A stretch of 64,000 nucleotides of DNA from Minisyncoccota bacterium (GCA_963668425.1 OY764332.1:460336-524335), one strand, 5' to 3'. Numbered from the stretch's first letter, positions 43,565-52,769 are shown. The notes: generated by a model not told the origin, from the sequence alone. Program-made: numbers and translations.

Positions 43565-46500
43565 ATGGTTGAAAAAAGAGGTGAAAAGGTTTCCGATCGG
43601 GAGGAGCGGATATTGCGGTTTTGGCGAGAGAATGCGGTTTTTGAGAAAAGTGAAGGGCGAGAGAAGAAAGGTTTTTTGTGGCGTTTATTGCGAACAGTAT
43701 TCCCTAAAAGGCGATTTATTTTTTATGATGGTCCGCCATTTGCGACGGGTTTGCCGCATTTTGGTAACCTCTTGGCGAGTATTGTGAAAGACGCAGTGCC
43801 GCGTTATAAGACAATGCGAGGGTATCAGGTTTCTCGGCGTTGGGGGTGGGATTGTCATGGATTACCGCTTGAAGTGGAGATGGAAAAGAAGATCGGGACG
43901 AATACGAAACGGGATATTGAGGAGTATGGAATAGAGAAGTTTAATCGTGGTATTTGTGATACTATTTTTACCTATATAGATGAGTGGAAGAGGATTATTC
44001 CGCGAATTGGTCGGTGGGTGGATATGGAGCGTGATTACCGTACTATCAGTACATCGTATATGGAATCAGTATGGTCGGTGTTTCATCGGTTACATACACG
44101 CGGTTTTGTCAGTAATGGTTTCAAGTCGCTGTATTTTTGTCCGCGCTGTTCAACCACTATTTCAAATGCAGAAGTTGCTGATACGTATGAGATGTTGACT
44201 GATACAGCGGTGTTTGTACTTTTTCCTCTGAAGGATGATCCGGATACTTATTTAGTTGCGTGGACGACGACCCCATGGACATTATTTGGTAATGTTGCAC
44301 TTGGTGTGGATGTTGGTATGGATTATACGGTTGTTGAAAAAGATGGGAAAAAATATATACTTCAGAAGAGTGCAGCTGATGTTGTTTCTGGTGGTACCGT
44401 TGTTGGAGTGGAGAAAGGTGCTGCATTGCTTGGGAAGGAGTATGTGCCGCCGTTTGACCATCTCTATGTTGAGGATGGTGAGCAGGTGAAAGCGAAGTTG
44501 TGGCGTGTGCAAAAGGTGTCGTATATTGAGGAGGGGGTTGGCACTGGTATTGTGCATCTTGCTCCGGCGTATGGAGCAGAGGATATGGAGGTTGCACTGA
44601 GGGAAGGTTTGCCGATTCGGCATCATGTTAGCAAGGAGGGTGTTTTTGTCCCGCAGATAGAGGGATATGCCGGTTTGCGTCCTAAAGAGGTGGGGAATCC
44701 AAATGATGTTGATGAAAAGATATTGCAGGATTTACGGAATAAGGGTGTACTGCTCTATGATGAGGCAATAGAGCATATGTATCCGGTGTGTTGGCGCTGT
44801 AAGACACCACTTCTGAACTATGCTACAGATTCGTGGTTTGTGCATTCGGAGCGGTTTAAAGATCGTATGGTTTCTGAAAACAAAAAAGTCGTTTGGGTGC
44901 CGGCACATATTCGGGATGGTCGGTTTGGTAATTGGTTGGCAGATGCGCGTGAATGGGCGGTGTCACGGGATCGCTTCTGGGGTGCGCCGGTGCCAACGTG
45001 GAAAGTTGAAAAAACAGGTGCACATATCATCGTTCGTTCATTGGAGGATATGTGCAAGAGGATGCGTCCGAGAAATCGCTATTTTTTTGTGCGACATGGA
45101 CATTCGATAAGCAATGAAAAAGGTGTTTTGAACTGCAAAGAAGAGGAGGGTGATGGATTGACTGAGAAGGGAAGAGAGCAGGCGGTAGCAGTTGTACAAA
45201 AATTGAAAGATGTAAAGCCGACTGTTATTTTTTATTCACCCCTGGCTCGCACACGAGAAACGGCAATGTGTATTGCAAAAGAAACTGGTGCGCAGATGGT
45301 TGAGGAGCCGTTGCTGACTGAGTTGCAGGTGCCGAGTTTACATAATCGGTCAATACGCGAATTGTGGAGATCAGTTCATTCGCTTGATGCGTTTCGTAAT
45401 TTGGACAAATCTATCGCTGGAGGTGAATCATTTTTAGATGTGTATCGGCGAGTATTGCAATTTTTTGAAAAAGTAGATCAGGAATATAAAGATGCGAATA
45501 TTGTGGTGGTTACACATCGCTCGGTTGTTAACGCGGCACGCTCGGTTGCGCCGACACATGCGCAGTTTACGAAGCTGTATAGGAAAGGCACTGTGATCAA
45601 ACCAATTCCTAATGGAGGAGTGTGTAGCGTTCGGTATGTACATTTACAGAGGGACGAGAATGGGGAAGTTGATTTGCATCGGCCGTATGTTGATGGAGTG
45701 GTGTTGTATGATGTGGACGGCAATCCGGCGTATCACACCAAGGAGGTGTTTGACTGTTGGTTTGAGTCGGGTGCTATGCCGTACGGGTCGCATCATTATC
45801 CATTTGAGAATAAGTGGTCGTTTAATCCGATGTTGCAACGTGGCTTTCCGGCACATTTTATTTGTGAAGGGTTGGATCAGACACGTGGGTGGTTTTATAG
45901 CTTGATGGCAATTGGTGTTGGTGCGTTTGATCAGTCGCCGTATCGTAATGTGGTGGTAACCGGTCTGATTCGTGCCGCGGATGGAAAAAAGATGAGTAAA
46001 AGCTTGCAGAATTACACTGATCCGATGGAACTTGTTGAGCGCTATGGCGCGGATGCACTGCGACATTACCTTCTTGGTTCTTCAGTAGTGCGTGGGGAAG
46101 ATCTTGATTTTAAGGATGAACAGATTGATGAGATTTATAAGAAGGTATATACTCGGCTACATAATTGCCTTAATTTTTATATGATATATGCACATCTGCC
46201 GCATCTTGGAGGCAGCAGGAATGTATTGGATATCTATATTCATTCTCGACTTGCTCAAACTCGGAATGCGATGATGAAAGGGTTTGAATTGTATCATGTT
46301 GATGAGGCGGTCGCACCAATAGGATCATTTGTGGAGGATTTATCAACTTGGTATATTCGTCGTTCACGGGATAGGATAAAGAATCGGACGGATGACGGTG
46401 CGCAGGCGCGTGAGACATTGCGATTTGTATTGACTGAATTCGCGAAATGTCTTGCTCCGATTGCGCCATTTTATGCTGAATATTTGTTTTTGGAAATGCG

Positions 46501-47065
46501 GAAGCATCATCCGCATAAATTCTTTTTGCCAGAGAGTGTACACCTTGCGCGATGGCCACAGAGGATGTTGATTCAGAAGGAGGCGATAGAGAAAACTGTC
46601 GCGGTGCGTGATATTGCTTCATCTGTGCATGAACAACGAGCTGAGGCGGGGATAAAGGTGCGGCAGCCGTTGTCAAAGGTGATACTACAGCAGGAGGTGG
46701 ATGAAGGGCAGAAAGAATTGCTTAAAGCCGAGGTGAATGTTAAAGAGGTAATTGTTGATCCTGAGGCCGTGCGGTCTGTGGTACTGCATACTGAGCTTAC
46801 GGATGCGTTGCGTGCTGAGGGGTTTGTGCGGGAGTATATTCGTAATGTTCAGAAGATGCGAAAAGAGAAAGGATTTTCACCTACAAAAATGGCGGACACG
46901 TTATTTGTATGTGTGTTTGACGAGCAGAAAAAATATCTGCAGGATCATGAAGTGAAAATTAAGCAAGAGGTACAGGTGCGTTCTGTTGTGTACACTGAGA
47001 CAAGTCCGAAGGATGCTACTGTGTTTAGCATAGATCGTATGGAAGTTGTATCAGATATTGTGTAA
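43565..47065 (+). CDS. ileS: Isoleucine--tRNA ligase with an inserted histidine-phosphatase (PGM-family) domain
   Basis: HIGH-like PHFGN, KMSKS, and the editing and anticodon-binding domains are all present. A 190-aa module with RHG, SPLARTRETA and VVVTHRSV motifs is inserted in frame. Confidence 0.85.
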   Translation: MVEKRGEKVSDREERILRFWRENAVFEKSEGREKKGFLWRLLRTVFPKRRFIFYDGPPFATGLPHFGNLLASIVKDAVPRYKTMRGYQVSRRWGWDCHGLPLEVEMEKKIGTNTKRDIEEYGIEKFNRGICDTIFTYIDEWKRIIPRIGRWVDMERDYRTISTSYMESVWSVFHRLHTRGFVSNGFKSLYFCPRCSTTISNAEVADTYEMLTDTAVFVLFPLKDDPDTYLVAWTTTPWTLFGNVALGVDVGMDYTVVEKDGKKYILQKSAADVVSGGTVVGVEKGAALLGKEYVPPFDHLYVEDGEQVKAKLWRVQKVSYIEEGVGTGIVHLAPAYGAEDMEVALREGLPIRHHVSKEGVFVPQIEGYAGLRPKEVGNPNDVDEKILQDLRNKGVLLYDEAIEHMYPVCWRCKTPLLNYATDSWFVHSERFKDRMVSENKKVVWVPAHIRDGRFGNWLADAREWAVSRDRFWGAPVPTWKVEKTGAHIIVRSLEDMCKRMRPRNRYFFVRHGHSISNEKGVLNCKEEEGDGLTEKGREQAVAVVQKLKDVKPTVIFYSPLARTRETAMCIAKETGAQMVEEPLLTELQVPSLHNRSIRELWRSVHSLDAFRNLDKSIAGGESFLDVYRRVLQFFEKVDQEYKDANIVVVTHRSVVNAARSVAPTHAQFTKLYRKGTVIKPIPNGGVCSVRYVHLQRDENGEVDLHRPYVDGVVLYDVDGNPAYHTKEVFDCWFESGAMPYGSHHYPFENKWSFNPMLQRGFPAHFICEGLDQTRGWFYSLMAIGVGAFDQSPYRNVVVTGLIRAADGKKMSKSLQNYTDPMELVERYGADALRHYLLGSSVVRGEDLDFKDEQIDEIYKKVYTRLHNCLNFYMIYAHLPHLGGSRNVLDIYIHSRLAQTRNAMMKGFELYHVDEAVAPIGSFVEDLSTWYIRRSRDRIKNRTDDGAQARETLRFVLTEFAKCLAPIAPFYAEYLFLEMRKHHPHKFFLPESVHLARWPQRMLIQKEAIEKTVAVRDIASSVHEQRAEAGIKVRQPLSKVILQQEVDEGQKELLKAEVNVKEVIVDPEAVRSVVLHTELTDALRAEGFVREYIRNVQKMRKEKGFSPTKMADTLFVCVFDEQKKYLQDHEVKIKQEVQVRSVVYTETSPKDATVFSIDRMEVVSDIV
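45070..45650 (+). other. Histidine-phosphatase (phosphoglycerate-mutase-like) domain embedded in IleRS between the WGAPVP and DLHRPYVD blocks
   Basis: FVRHGHSISN (the catalytic His of the RHG motif), FYSPLARTRETA, GGESFLDVYRRV and IVVVTHRSVV appear in canonical order. Confidence 0.75.
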
Positions 47066-47089
47066 GGTGATGTGAATGAATGAAAGGTA

Positions 47090-47665
47090 TTATTGGTGGT
47101 ATAGGGCGTTTTTGAGATGTTGTTGTAACTCTTTTTGTCGGTGTGGGTTGGCTATGGTTTCCTTGAGTATGTTTGTAAACTGAGTAGGTACGATATTTTG
47201 ATCGGGTACGTATCCGAGTGTAGTGAGTAGCATTACCTGCGCAATGAGGAGAATGTGTTGGACATGTGTTTGTTGTGATTTTTGAAGGAGTTCTGTTGCA
47301 GTTTCAACGGTATGAAACACATTTTCATCGTACGATTCAGTTATAGGGATGAGTGTTCGGAGACAGCGTAAGAGGGCAACAAATGCTGTATATTTTTGTT
47401 TATTATTCCATATTTGGTCGAGCGTGTTGGTGATGGTGATGTCTTTTAATATGGTGCGTCTGCTCAGTATTACAGAAACAGAAACACGGGCATACGGTTT
47501 GGCACCGCCTCGCATTTTTGCACCATCTTTACGGATTCCGCGTGCATATAGGTTCATAAGCCCATTTTCTTTTGTGAGTGCGGTGATTACTCTATCTGCC
47601 TCACCGGTTGCTCGGGTGTGGATGATGAATGCGTCTGTGGTGAGTATGGGGTATGATTTTAGCAT
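47090..47665 (-). CDS. recO: DNA repair protein RecO (putative)
   Basis: The N-terminal OB-fold region (ILTTDAFIIHTRATGEADRVITALTKENGLMNLYARGIRK) resembles the RecO N-terminus. The C-terminus is divergent. Confidence 0.5.
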   Translation of the reverse strand: MLKSYPILTTDAFIIHTRATGEADRVITALTKENGLMNLYARGIRKDGAKMRGGAKPYARVSVSVILSRRTILKDITITNTLDQIWNNKQKYTAFVALLRCLRTLIPITESYDENVFHTVETATELLQKSQQTHVQHILLIAQVMLLTTLGYVPDQNIVPTQFTNILKETIANPHRQKELQQHLKNALYHQ

Positions 47666-47817
47666 ACGGTTTCAAAAGGGTTCGTAGGGAGTTCTGTATT
47701 GGATGATTGAATTGGTAGCATGCAACACTGGTGTGTAGTATACGTTATTCATACTGCCTATTTTGATTTTAGAAGGTATTTTGCTATGCATCCAGTAGTG
47801 TTATTTGTTGATTCATT

Positions 47818-47847
47818 TTGCGTTGTTGTCTATGGGTGTGGTATACT
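47818..47847 (+). promoter_or_regulatory. Putative promoter TTGCGT-18-TATACT, within 80-bp duplicated module copy A (47769..47850)
   Basis: It sits upstream of a 42-aa peptide ORF (ATG about 47915, RBS ACGGAGGT) and ORF 48028. Confidence 0.4.
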
Positions 47848-48027
47848 GCTAATGGATTAGGTTTTGTAAGTTTTGTTTTAGAGGGTGGGCTATTTAATAT
47901 AACGGAGGTCACAAATGAATATTGTATTGTTGATCGTGCTTGTCTCATTCTTGCCAGTACTCGTAACACTGGTTGTATTTCATATCTCCAAACAGTTTAG
48001 ATCCCAGCCACAGAGTGTGGGAGTGTT

Positions 48028-48336
48028 TTGTCAATTCTGGTAACATTGATAGTGCTTGAATTGGGTAAAACAGTGGCGCTACAATTTGCACCGTGGATGT
48101 ACCACTTAGAAATAAAGGAACTTATTGGAATCTTCTCATTAGGCATAATACCGCTATCCTTAGTAACATTTTTAGTAACATTTGCTATCTTTAGGGAACT
48201 CAAGGTGAGCTATTTTGCTGAACAATCTACTGTTGACATGTTACGGCAATCATTGCTCGTAACAGGCATAACAGTAGTATTCATTGTGTTCAAAACGTAC
48301 GAAATTCAGTCAATTGCAGAAATTATCAATGGGTAA
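48028..48336 (+). CDS. Hypothetical small membrane protein (TTG start in track; ATG alternatives at 47915 for a 42-aa peptide, or an internal ATG)
   Basis: Hydrophobic ORF downstream of the duplicated promoter. A terminator follows at 48348. Confidence 0.35.
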   Translation: MSILVTLIVLELGKTVALQFAPWMYHLEIKELIGIFSLGIIPLSLVTFLVTFAIFRELKVSYFAEQSTVDMLRQSLLVTGITVVFIVFKTYEIQSIAEIING

Positions 48337-48347
48337 ATATTGGTACG

Positions 48348-48385
48348 TAATAAAATCTGCCAGCACACGCTGGCAGATTTTTACT
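48348..48385. terminator. Rho-independent terminator
   Basis: ATCTGCCAGC-acac-GCTGGCAGAT followed by TTTTACTTTTT. Confidence 0.55.
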
Positions 48386-48465
48386 TTTTGGATTCAACAT
48401 TCATAAAAATTTTATGAATTTCAAGGTATTTGCTATGCATCCAGTAGTGTTATTTGTTGATTCGT

Positions 48466-48495
48466 TTTGCGTTGTTGTCTATGGATGTGGTATAT
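48466..48495 (+). promoter_or_regulatory. Putative promoter TTGCGT-18-TATATT, within duplicated module copy B (48423..48500)
   Basis: About 95% identical to copy A; upstream of the gene at 48555. Confidence 0.4.
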
Positions 48496-48554
48496 TGTCG
48501 GTAGGTTGAGTTCTGAAAGTTCTATTTTTTACAAATACAAAAGGAGGGTTTACT

Positions 48555-49163
48555 ATGAGAACGTATGCCAAGATGAGAGTGACTGGAGGTCCTGGATTTG
48601 TGCCGCCTCTTTCTGTTGGTGTGACTGATGTCTATGAAGATGACTCAGTGCAAGTTTCAGAGGTTGCGAGACGTCATTACAGTTCTTTGTTGTCTGCTGG
48701 GTTTCCTTTTCGATTTGAACGTTTATATAATGGGCTTGCCCGGTATTTAGGGGATGCTGTTCATCTGTTGGATTTCAAAACCATCTATGAATTTGATGTT
48801 TTTTCTCAAGTCCCCGAAAGATACATGCAGAAGGGTGAGAATTTTACTTTGTTTGAAGATATGTACTCTTTCCTCCGATGGGATGGGTCGTTTGTGGGTA
48901 TTGGTGAGGACGGTTTTGGTCCACAACGATACCTTGTGCGACAAAAGGTGTTGTCCTGCACTACCCCCGTTGCAGAGCATGTGGGTGATTTTACTGTTCT
49001 TTCTGAGGGTGAAACAGTCAAGCATGCCTTTGATGTTGCTATCTATTCCAGAGGGTGGTATATTTATGGAATATTGTTTGAGCAGAGATCGGATGGTCGT
49101 CTGTTGAATGCCGTTTTACACCTTCCTTCTGGATGCAAAGGGACTCTTTCGCCCCGTGGATGA
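48555..49163 (+). CDS. Hypothetical cytoplasmic protein
   Basis: 202 aa, strong RBS AAGGAGGG; no family recognised. Confidence 0.45.
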   Translation: MRTYAKMRVTGGPGFVPPLSVGVTDVYEDDSVQVSEVARRHYSSLLSAGFPFRFERLYNGLARYLGDAVHLLDFKTIYEFDVFSQVPERYMQKGENFTLFEDMYSFLRWDGSFVGIGEDGFGPQRYLVRQKVLSCTTPVAEHVGDFTVLSEGETVKHAFDVAIYSRGWYIYGILFEQRSDGRLLNAVLHLPSGCKGTLSPRG

Positions 49164-49249
49164 CATCTTCATTTTCTTGGAGTGTCCTTGATATTCATAT
49201 ATTTGCCTTGCAAAAGCAAGGCAAATTATTTTTTTGACCAAATTTGTTG

Positions 49250-49343
49250 TATGACCGCCGTGAAACGGCGGAAACTGACCGCTGTATGTTGCATGCACTG
49301 ACGTGCTGTTTTGTGTGACCCCACGGGGAATCGAACCCCCTGT
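49250..49343. repeat. Tandem duplicate of the tRNA-Glu 3-prime 24 nt plus about 70 bp of its downstream flank
   Basis: 49250..49343 is nearly identical to 49370..49460. The two copies are separated by a 28-bp hairpin (GTTTTTGgctctgaCAAAAAC). Confidence 0.8.
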
Positions 49344-49435
49344 TTTTGGCTCTGACAAAAACCTGGTTATATGACCGCCGTGAAACGGCGGAAACTGACC
49401 GCTGTATGTTGCATGCACTGACGTGCTGTTTTGTG

Positions 49436-49507
49436 TGACCCCACGGGGAATCGAACCCCGGTTTCCGCCGTGAAAGGGCGGCGTCCTAGCCGCTAGACGA
49501 TGGGGCC
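49436..49507 (-). tRNA. tRNA-Glu (anticodon UUC)
   Basis: Reverse complement folds GGCCCCA...CTTTCAC anticodon loop...TTCGATT T-loop...TGGGGTC-A. Confidence 0.8.
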
Positions 49508-49571
49508 AGTGAACAAAGTATAGTATATACTATACTTTGTTCATGTTCCACTTTGATTTTTTTGAAGGAGG

Positions 49572-50180
49572 GTGAAGATGTATCAGGATGTTGCTCTTAC
49601 TGATAGGCATCGTCGGTTGCTTTTGCGGAAGATGGGTGCCTCTGTAGAGTTGACAGGAGTTATCAATTCGGTTTTTGAGGCGTTGGTAGCGCATGCTTGT
49701 CCACGGTTTTCAGCTTTTGCAGCATTGACTGCTGCGATATCTGCTTTTAGGAAGAAGGATTTTGGTATCTTTCCTGATTATGAGGCGGTTTGGTTGCCGA
49801 CTGTTGTTCTTGATGATATTCATTGTGTACGATACCGTACTGATGTTATGCAGACCGTGTACGAAGCGATAGTGCCGGTGTGCATATCCGAATTGACCAG
49901 GCATTGTTTGCAAGCAGCGTTGCGAATACACGATCTGCAGATTTTGTTTTTATGTAATGGGAGTTTTTTAATCGGTGAGATAAAACGTATTCGTGCTTTT
50001 GGTGAGTCGTTTGAGCATGTTCGCCGTGAAAAAAGGTACTCAACGGCTGATACGAATAGGTGTCCGATACAGATGGTTGGTAGCTTTGACCGCATGCCGG
50101 ATCCCACTATTGACTTATGCCCAGAAGGAGCTGAGAAGCGATTATTTCATGATATTGAAAAAATGCTTCGTGTGCTTTAG
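49572..50180 (+). CDS. Hypothetical cytoplasmic protein
   Basis: 202 aa, RBS GGAGGG. A 17-bp perfect palindrome lies upstream at about 49512..49548. Confidence 0.45.
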   Translation: MKMYQDVALTDRHRRLLLRKMGASVELTGVINSVFEALVAHACPRFSAFAALTAAISAFRKKDFGIFPDYEAVWLPTVVLDDIHCVRYRTDVMQTVYEAIVPVCISELTRHCLQAALRIHDLQILFLCNGSFLIGEIKRIRAFGESFEHVRREKRYSTADTNRCPIQMVGSFDRMPDPTIDLCPEGAEKRLFHDIEKMLRVL

Positions 50181-50303
50181 GAGGTACTTGTTCTTTCTGG
50201 TTTGCGAGCTCGCTAACATGCATATTTTTGAGTGAAAAGATTAATTTTTTTCTTCTAATTTTTGAGGCGCGTTGGGATTACTTGTCCTGATGCGCCTTTT
50301 TTG

Positions 50304-50349
50304 TGTGCGAATGGTAGGACTCGAACCTACGACCTCTCCATTATCAGTG
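50304..50349. repeat. Direct repeat of the 3-prime 45 nt of tRNA-Ile; left boundary of a 2.3-kb islet
   Basis: tgtgcgaatggtaggactcgaacctacgacctctccattatcagtg is identical to the 3-prime half of the tRNA at 52601..52673. The upstream T-run is also shared. Confidence 0.8.
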
Positions 50350-50487
50350 AGTTCATTTGAACTATGTATAGGGATTGAGAGATTAGAAATAAAAGGTGGA
50401 TGAAGTGCGCAAGGTGTCTTTTTGCTTTAAATATGATTACTTGTATACTGTGAGTAGGGTACAAAAAGGTAAGTAAGGAGGAGTACA

Positions 50488-51189
50488 GTGATGTCTCATT
50501 TTTTTTCATTAAAGGTATTCTTGTTTCCGATAATTTTGTTTTGCTTGATCTTTGTTTTTGCATGCTCTCAAGATAATGAGGATGTGTGTATTATCACTCT
50601 TTCAGGTGGAGAACGATCAATTGCACTCCATTTTCCCTCTATAACCTTGAGGGCTTTCGACAATGGTGCCGATTTACTTCAAGATCTGGAAGAAGGAAGA
50701 TTTCTGGTAGATAAGAAATCGACACAAACCCTCTCTCATCCTGATTTTCCAACCTCAAAAGAAGAAACCAGAGTGAGTGTGGTTGTTCGTTCACTTCTTA
50801 GCATGGGGTTTCCTGCGAATGAGTTGATTTCTTACAAGGAAATTCTTGAAAAAGGAAAAGATCTTGGCCTTATGGTCTGTCCCCCTGATCTTGCTGCACA
50901 GCTCCGTTTACAGTTTACTGATCAGTCATCTCACGGATGGCTTGGTGATTTTCTCATTGCAACCGAGGAAATCAACTTGCACACCGATGGCATCCCAGGA
51001 ATATTTGCTGTTGTGCGGGATGATTCATCTCCTCATCCAGAGACCGGTATTGGATTACACCTCGTCTTCTATAATTTAGTGAGGGGAGGTCAAAATCAAT
51101 TGTTTGATCCTCGTAACTCCGAGAAAAATATCTATTGCGGGAAATTTGCTTTTATTGCTCCTGTAGATAATTTGATTTTTGAAGAGTAA
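50488..51189 (+). CDS. Lipoprotein, paralog of 25920..26633
   Basis: Signal plus Cys lipobox (LIFVFACSQ). Shares VCPPDLAAQLRLQFTDQ...DGIPGIFAVVRDDSSPHPETGIGL with the paralog. RBS AAGGAGG. Confidence 0.6.
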   Translation: MMSHFFSLKVFLFPIILFCLIFVFACSQDNEDVCIITLSGGERSIALHFPSITLRAFDNGADLLQDLEEGRFLVDKKSTQTLSHPDFPTSKEETRVSVVVRSLLSMGFPANELISYKEILEKGKDLGLMVCPPDLAAQLRLQFTDQSSHGWLGDFLIATEEINLHTDGIPGIFAVVRDDSSPHPETGIGLHLVFYNLVRGGQNQLFDPRNSEKNIYCGKFAFIAPVDNLIFEE

Positions 51190-51259
51190 TAAGCTTTGCG
51201 CGGCACTGATTTTGTGCCGCGCTTTTTATTCCCACTGTAATTTTTTACATGACACAATG

Positions 51260-51910
51260 TTATTTTGATGCCTGCAGAGATTTGAAGCTGTTTCTTGCAT
51301 TGCCTTTCGCCACATCCACTTTTAGTAATACCTCATTTTTATATGCCTTCTTTAATTGTGCAACTCTTTCATCATTGTTTGCTATACCCTTTAGATTCTC
51401 CAGACTTGATCCGGCATCTTGGCTAAGAACTTTCTTTCCATTTGGATGGGACATAAGTGTATGCCAATCTTTATCCTCGTAGTATCGTGTAGAAAGAAGG
51501 TAGGTTTCCCCGGGTTCAAGCAATCCTTCAGTATTGCCATCAGCGGGAGATAGTATGTCGCCATTGTGCACGACATGGAGTACGCCATTTTTATACCCGC
51601 CTAATTGATTTATGGTTACAGTATTCTGTAAGCTTCCTTTGACATTTCTTATTACTGCTACTTCAAATTGTGTATAAGGAACATCTATGGTGCTGAAAGT
51701 GCCACTTTGTCGAATCACCTTTCCAACAAAAATATTATGTGATGTGCCAACTAATATTTTATCATCTGTAAAATCAGCAACCCACTTAGGGTGTATTTCT
51801 TTTACAATAGGAAGCTTAATTGCATTTGTATGCAATCCAATGCTAATGCATAAAACAAAAAGCAATATGCTTCCAATTGCTATATGTATGGTGGTTAATT
51901 TTTTAGTCAT
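51260..51910 (-). CDS. Secreted or membrane-anchored hypothetical protein, full-length paralog of 25340..25843
   Basis: N-terminal TM/signal; shares LEPGETYLLSTRYYEDKDWHTLMSHPNG and KKAYKNEVLLKVDVAKGNARNSFKSL with the 25340 protein. Confidence 0.55.
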   Translation of the reverse strand: MTKKLTTIHIAIGSILLFVLCISIGLHTNAIKLPIVKEIHPKWVADFTDDKILVGTSHNIFVGKVIRQSGTFSTIDVPYTQFEVAVIRNVKGSLQNTVTINQLGGYKNGVLHVVHNGDILSPADGNTEGLLEPGETYLLSTRYYEDKDWHTLMSHPNGKKVLSQDAGSSLENLKGIANNDERVAQLKKAYKNEVLLKVDVAKGNARNSFKSLQASK

Positions 51911-51950
51911 AGTTGATTAAATGTTATTGAAATAATTTAAAGTAATGTGA

Positions 51951-52529
51951 TCAATCCCATAGGGTATTATTGTTATAGTCATATTTATCAATAGGCCCCA
52001 AAGAGGTTTTCAAGTTTACAGTATCATGCATAATATTGCCAGAATGGGAATGATCTAATCCTAGTGCGTGACCAAGTTCATGTAGAATAACATTTTTTAT
52101 TGTGGCATCTTGCCATGCCCAGGGAAGGATACTAAGGTCATCGTCAAGATAATGTTTATTCAGATACAGTTCATCACTACCGATCCAATCGTAATCATAT
52201 AGCCCCGCCCAATCTGCATCAGCGCTGTATACATCCCTTACAGTCAGATCCTGATAAGTCCAAAAAGTATCGGGAGCTATATTAATTTCTCCCAGCGCAT
52301 TCCATGTTGAAATCCCATAGCTCCATTGAGTTGAATATTTTGTTGATCCTCCCCACCGTATTTCATAGTCATCTACCGCGTTATTATCATTAAAATGTCC
52401 ATCAGTTGAGCCAGCGAAAACAAGAGTAACACCTAGTAAAGATGTGATTACCATTACCATTGTCAATACAAAAAGTATTGAGATTTTATTTTTCATAAAT
52501 GTAATTATATTATTAAGTAAATAACCCAC
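51951..52529 (-). CDS. Secreted matrixin-like (metzincin) zinc metalloprotease
   Basis: HELGHALGLDHSHSGNIMH is the HExxHxxGxxH metzincin signature plus a Met-turn. An N-terminal signal/TM is present. Confidence 0.7.
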   Translation of the reverse strand: MGYLLNNIITFMKNKISILFVLTMVMVITSLLGVTLVFAGSTDGHFNDNNAVDDYEIRWGGSTKYSTQWSYGISTWNALGEINIAPDTFWTYQDLTVRDVYSADADWAGLYDYDWIGSDELYLNKHYLDDDLSILPWAWQDATIKNVILHELGHALGLDHSHSGNIMHDTVNLKTSLGPIDKYDYNNNTLWD

Positions 52530-52600
52530 ACTTTCAGTTATTGTTAGTATACAGTCTTTTGAAGCGTATTAGAGATATTTGTTCCAGTGTGCTTTTTATG

Positions 52601-52673
52601 TGCGAATGGTAGGACTCGAACCTACGACCTCTCCATTATCAGTGGAGTGCTCTAACCACCTGAGCTACATTCG
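52601..52673 (-). tRNA. tRNA-Ile (anticodon GAU)
   Basis: Reverse complement folds GCGAATG...CTGATAA anticodon loop...TTCGAGT...CATTCGC-A. Confidence 0.8.
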
Positions 52674-52769
52674 CATATTGTGTATTATAGCGTAAAAGGT
52701 TTGTCTGTGTGGTTGGTAACACTACCTTGTTTTTTGGGCGTGTATGTTCTGTATAGTAGAATAGTACTA

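Noticed and set aside
49116-49418. 100-aa minus-strand ORF with an internal duplicated peptide
   Set aside because: It is generated by reading through the tandemly duplicated tRNA-Glu flank. It has no RBS and is repeat-derived.
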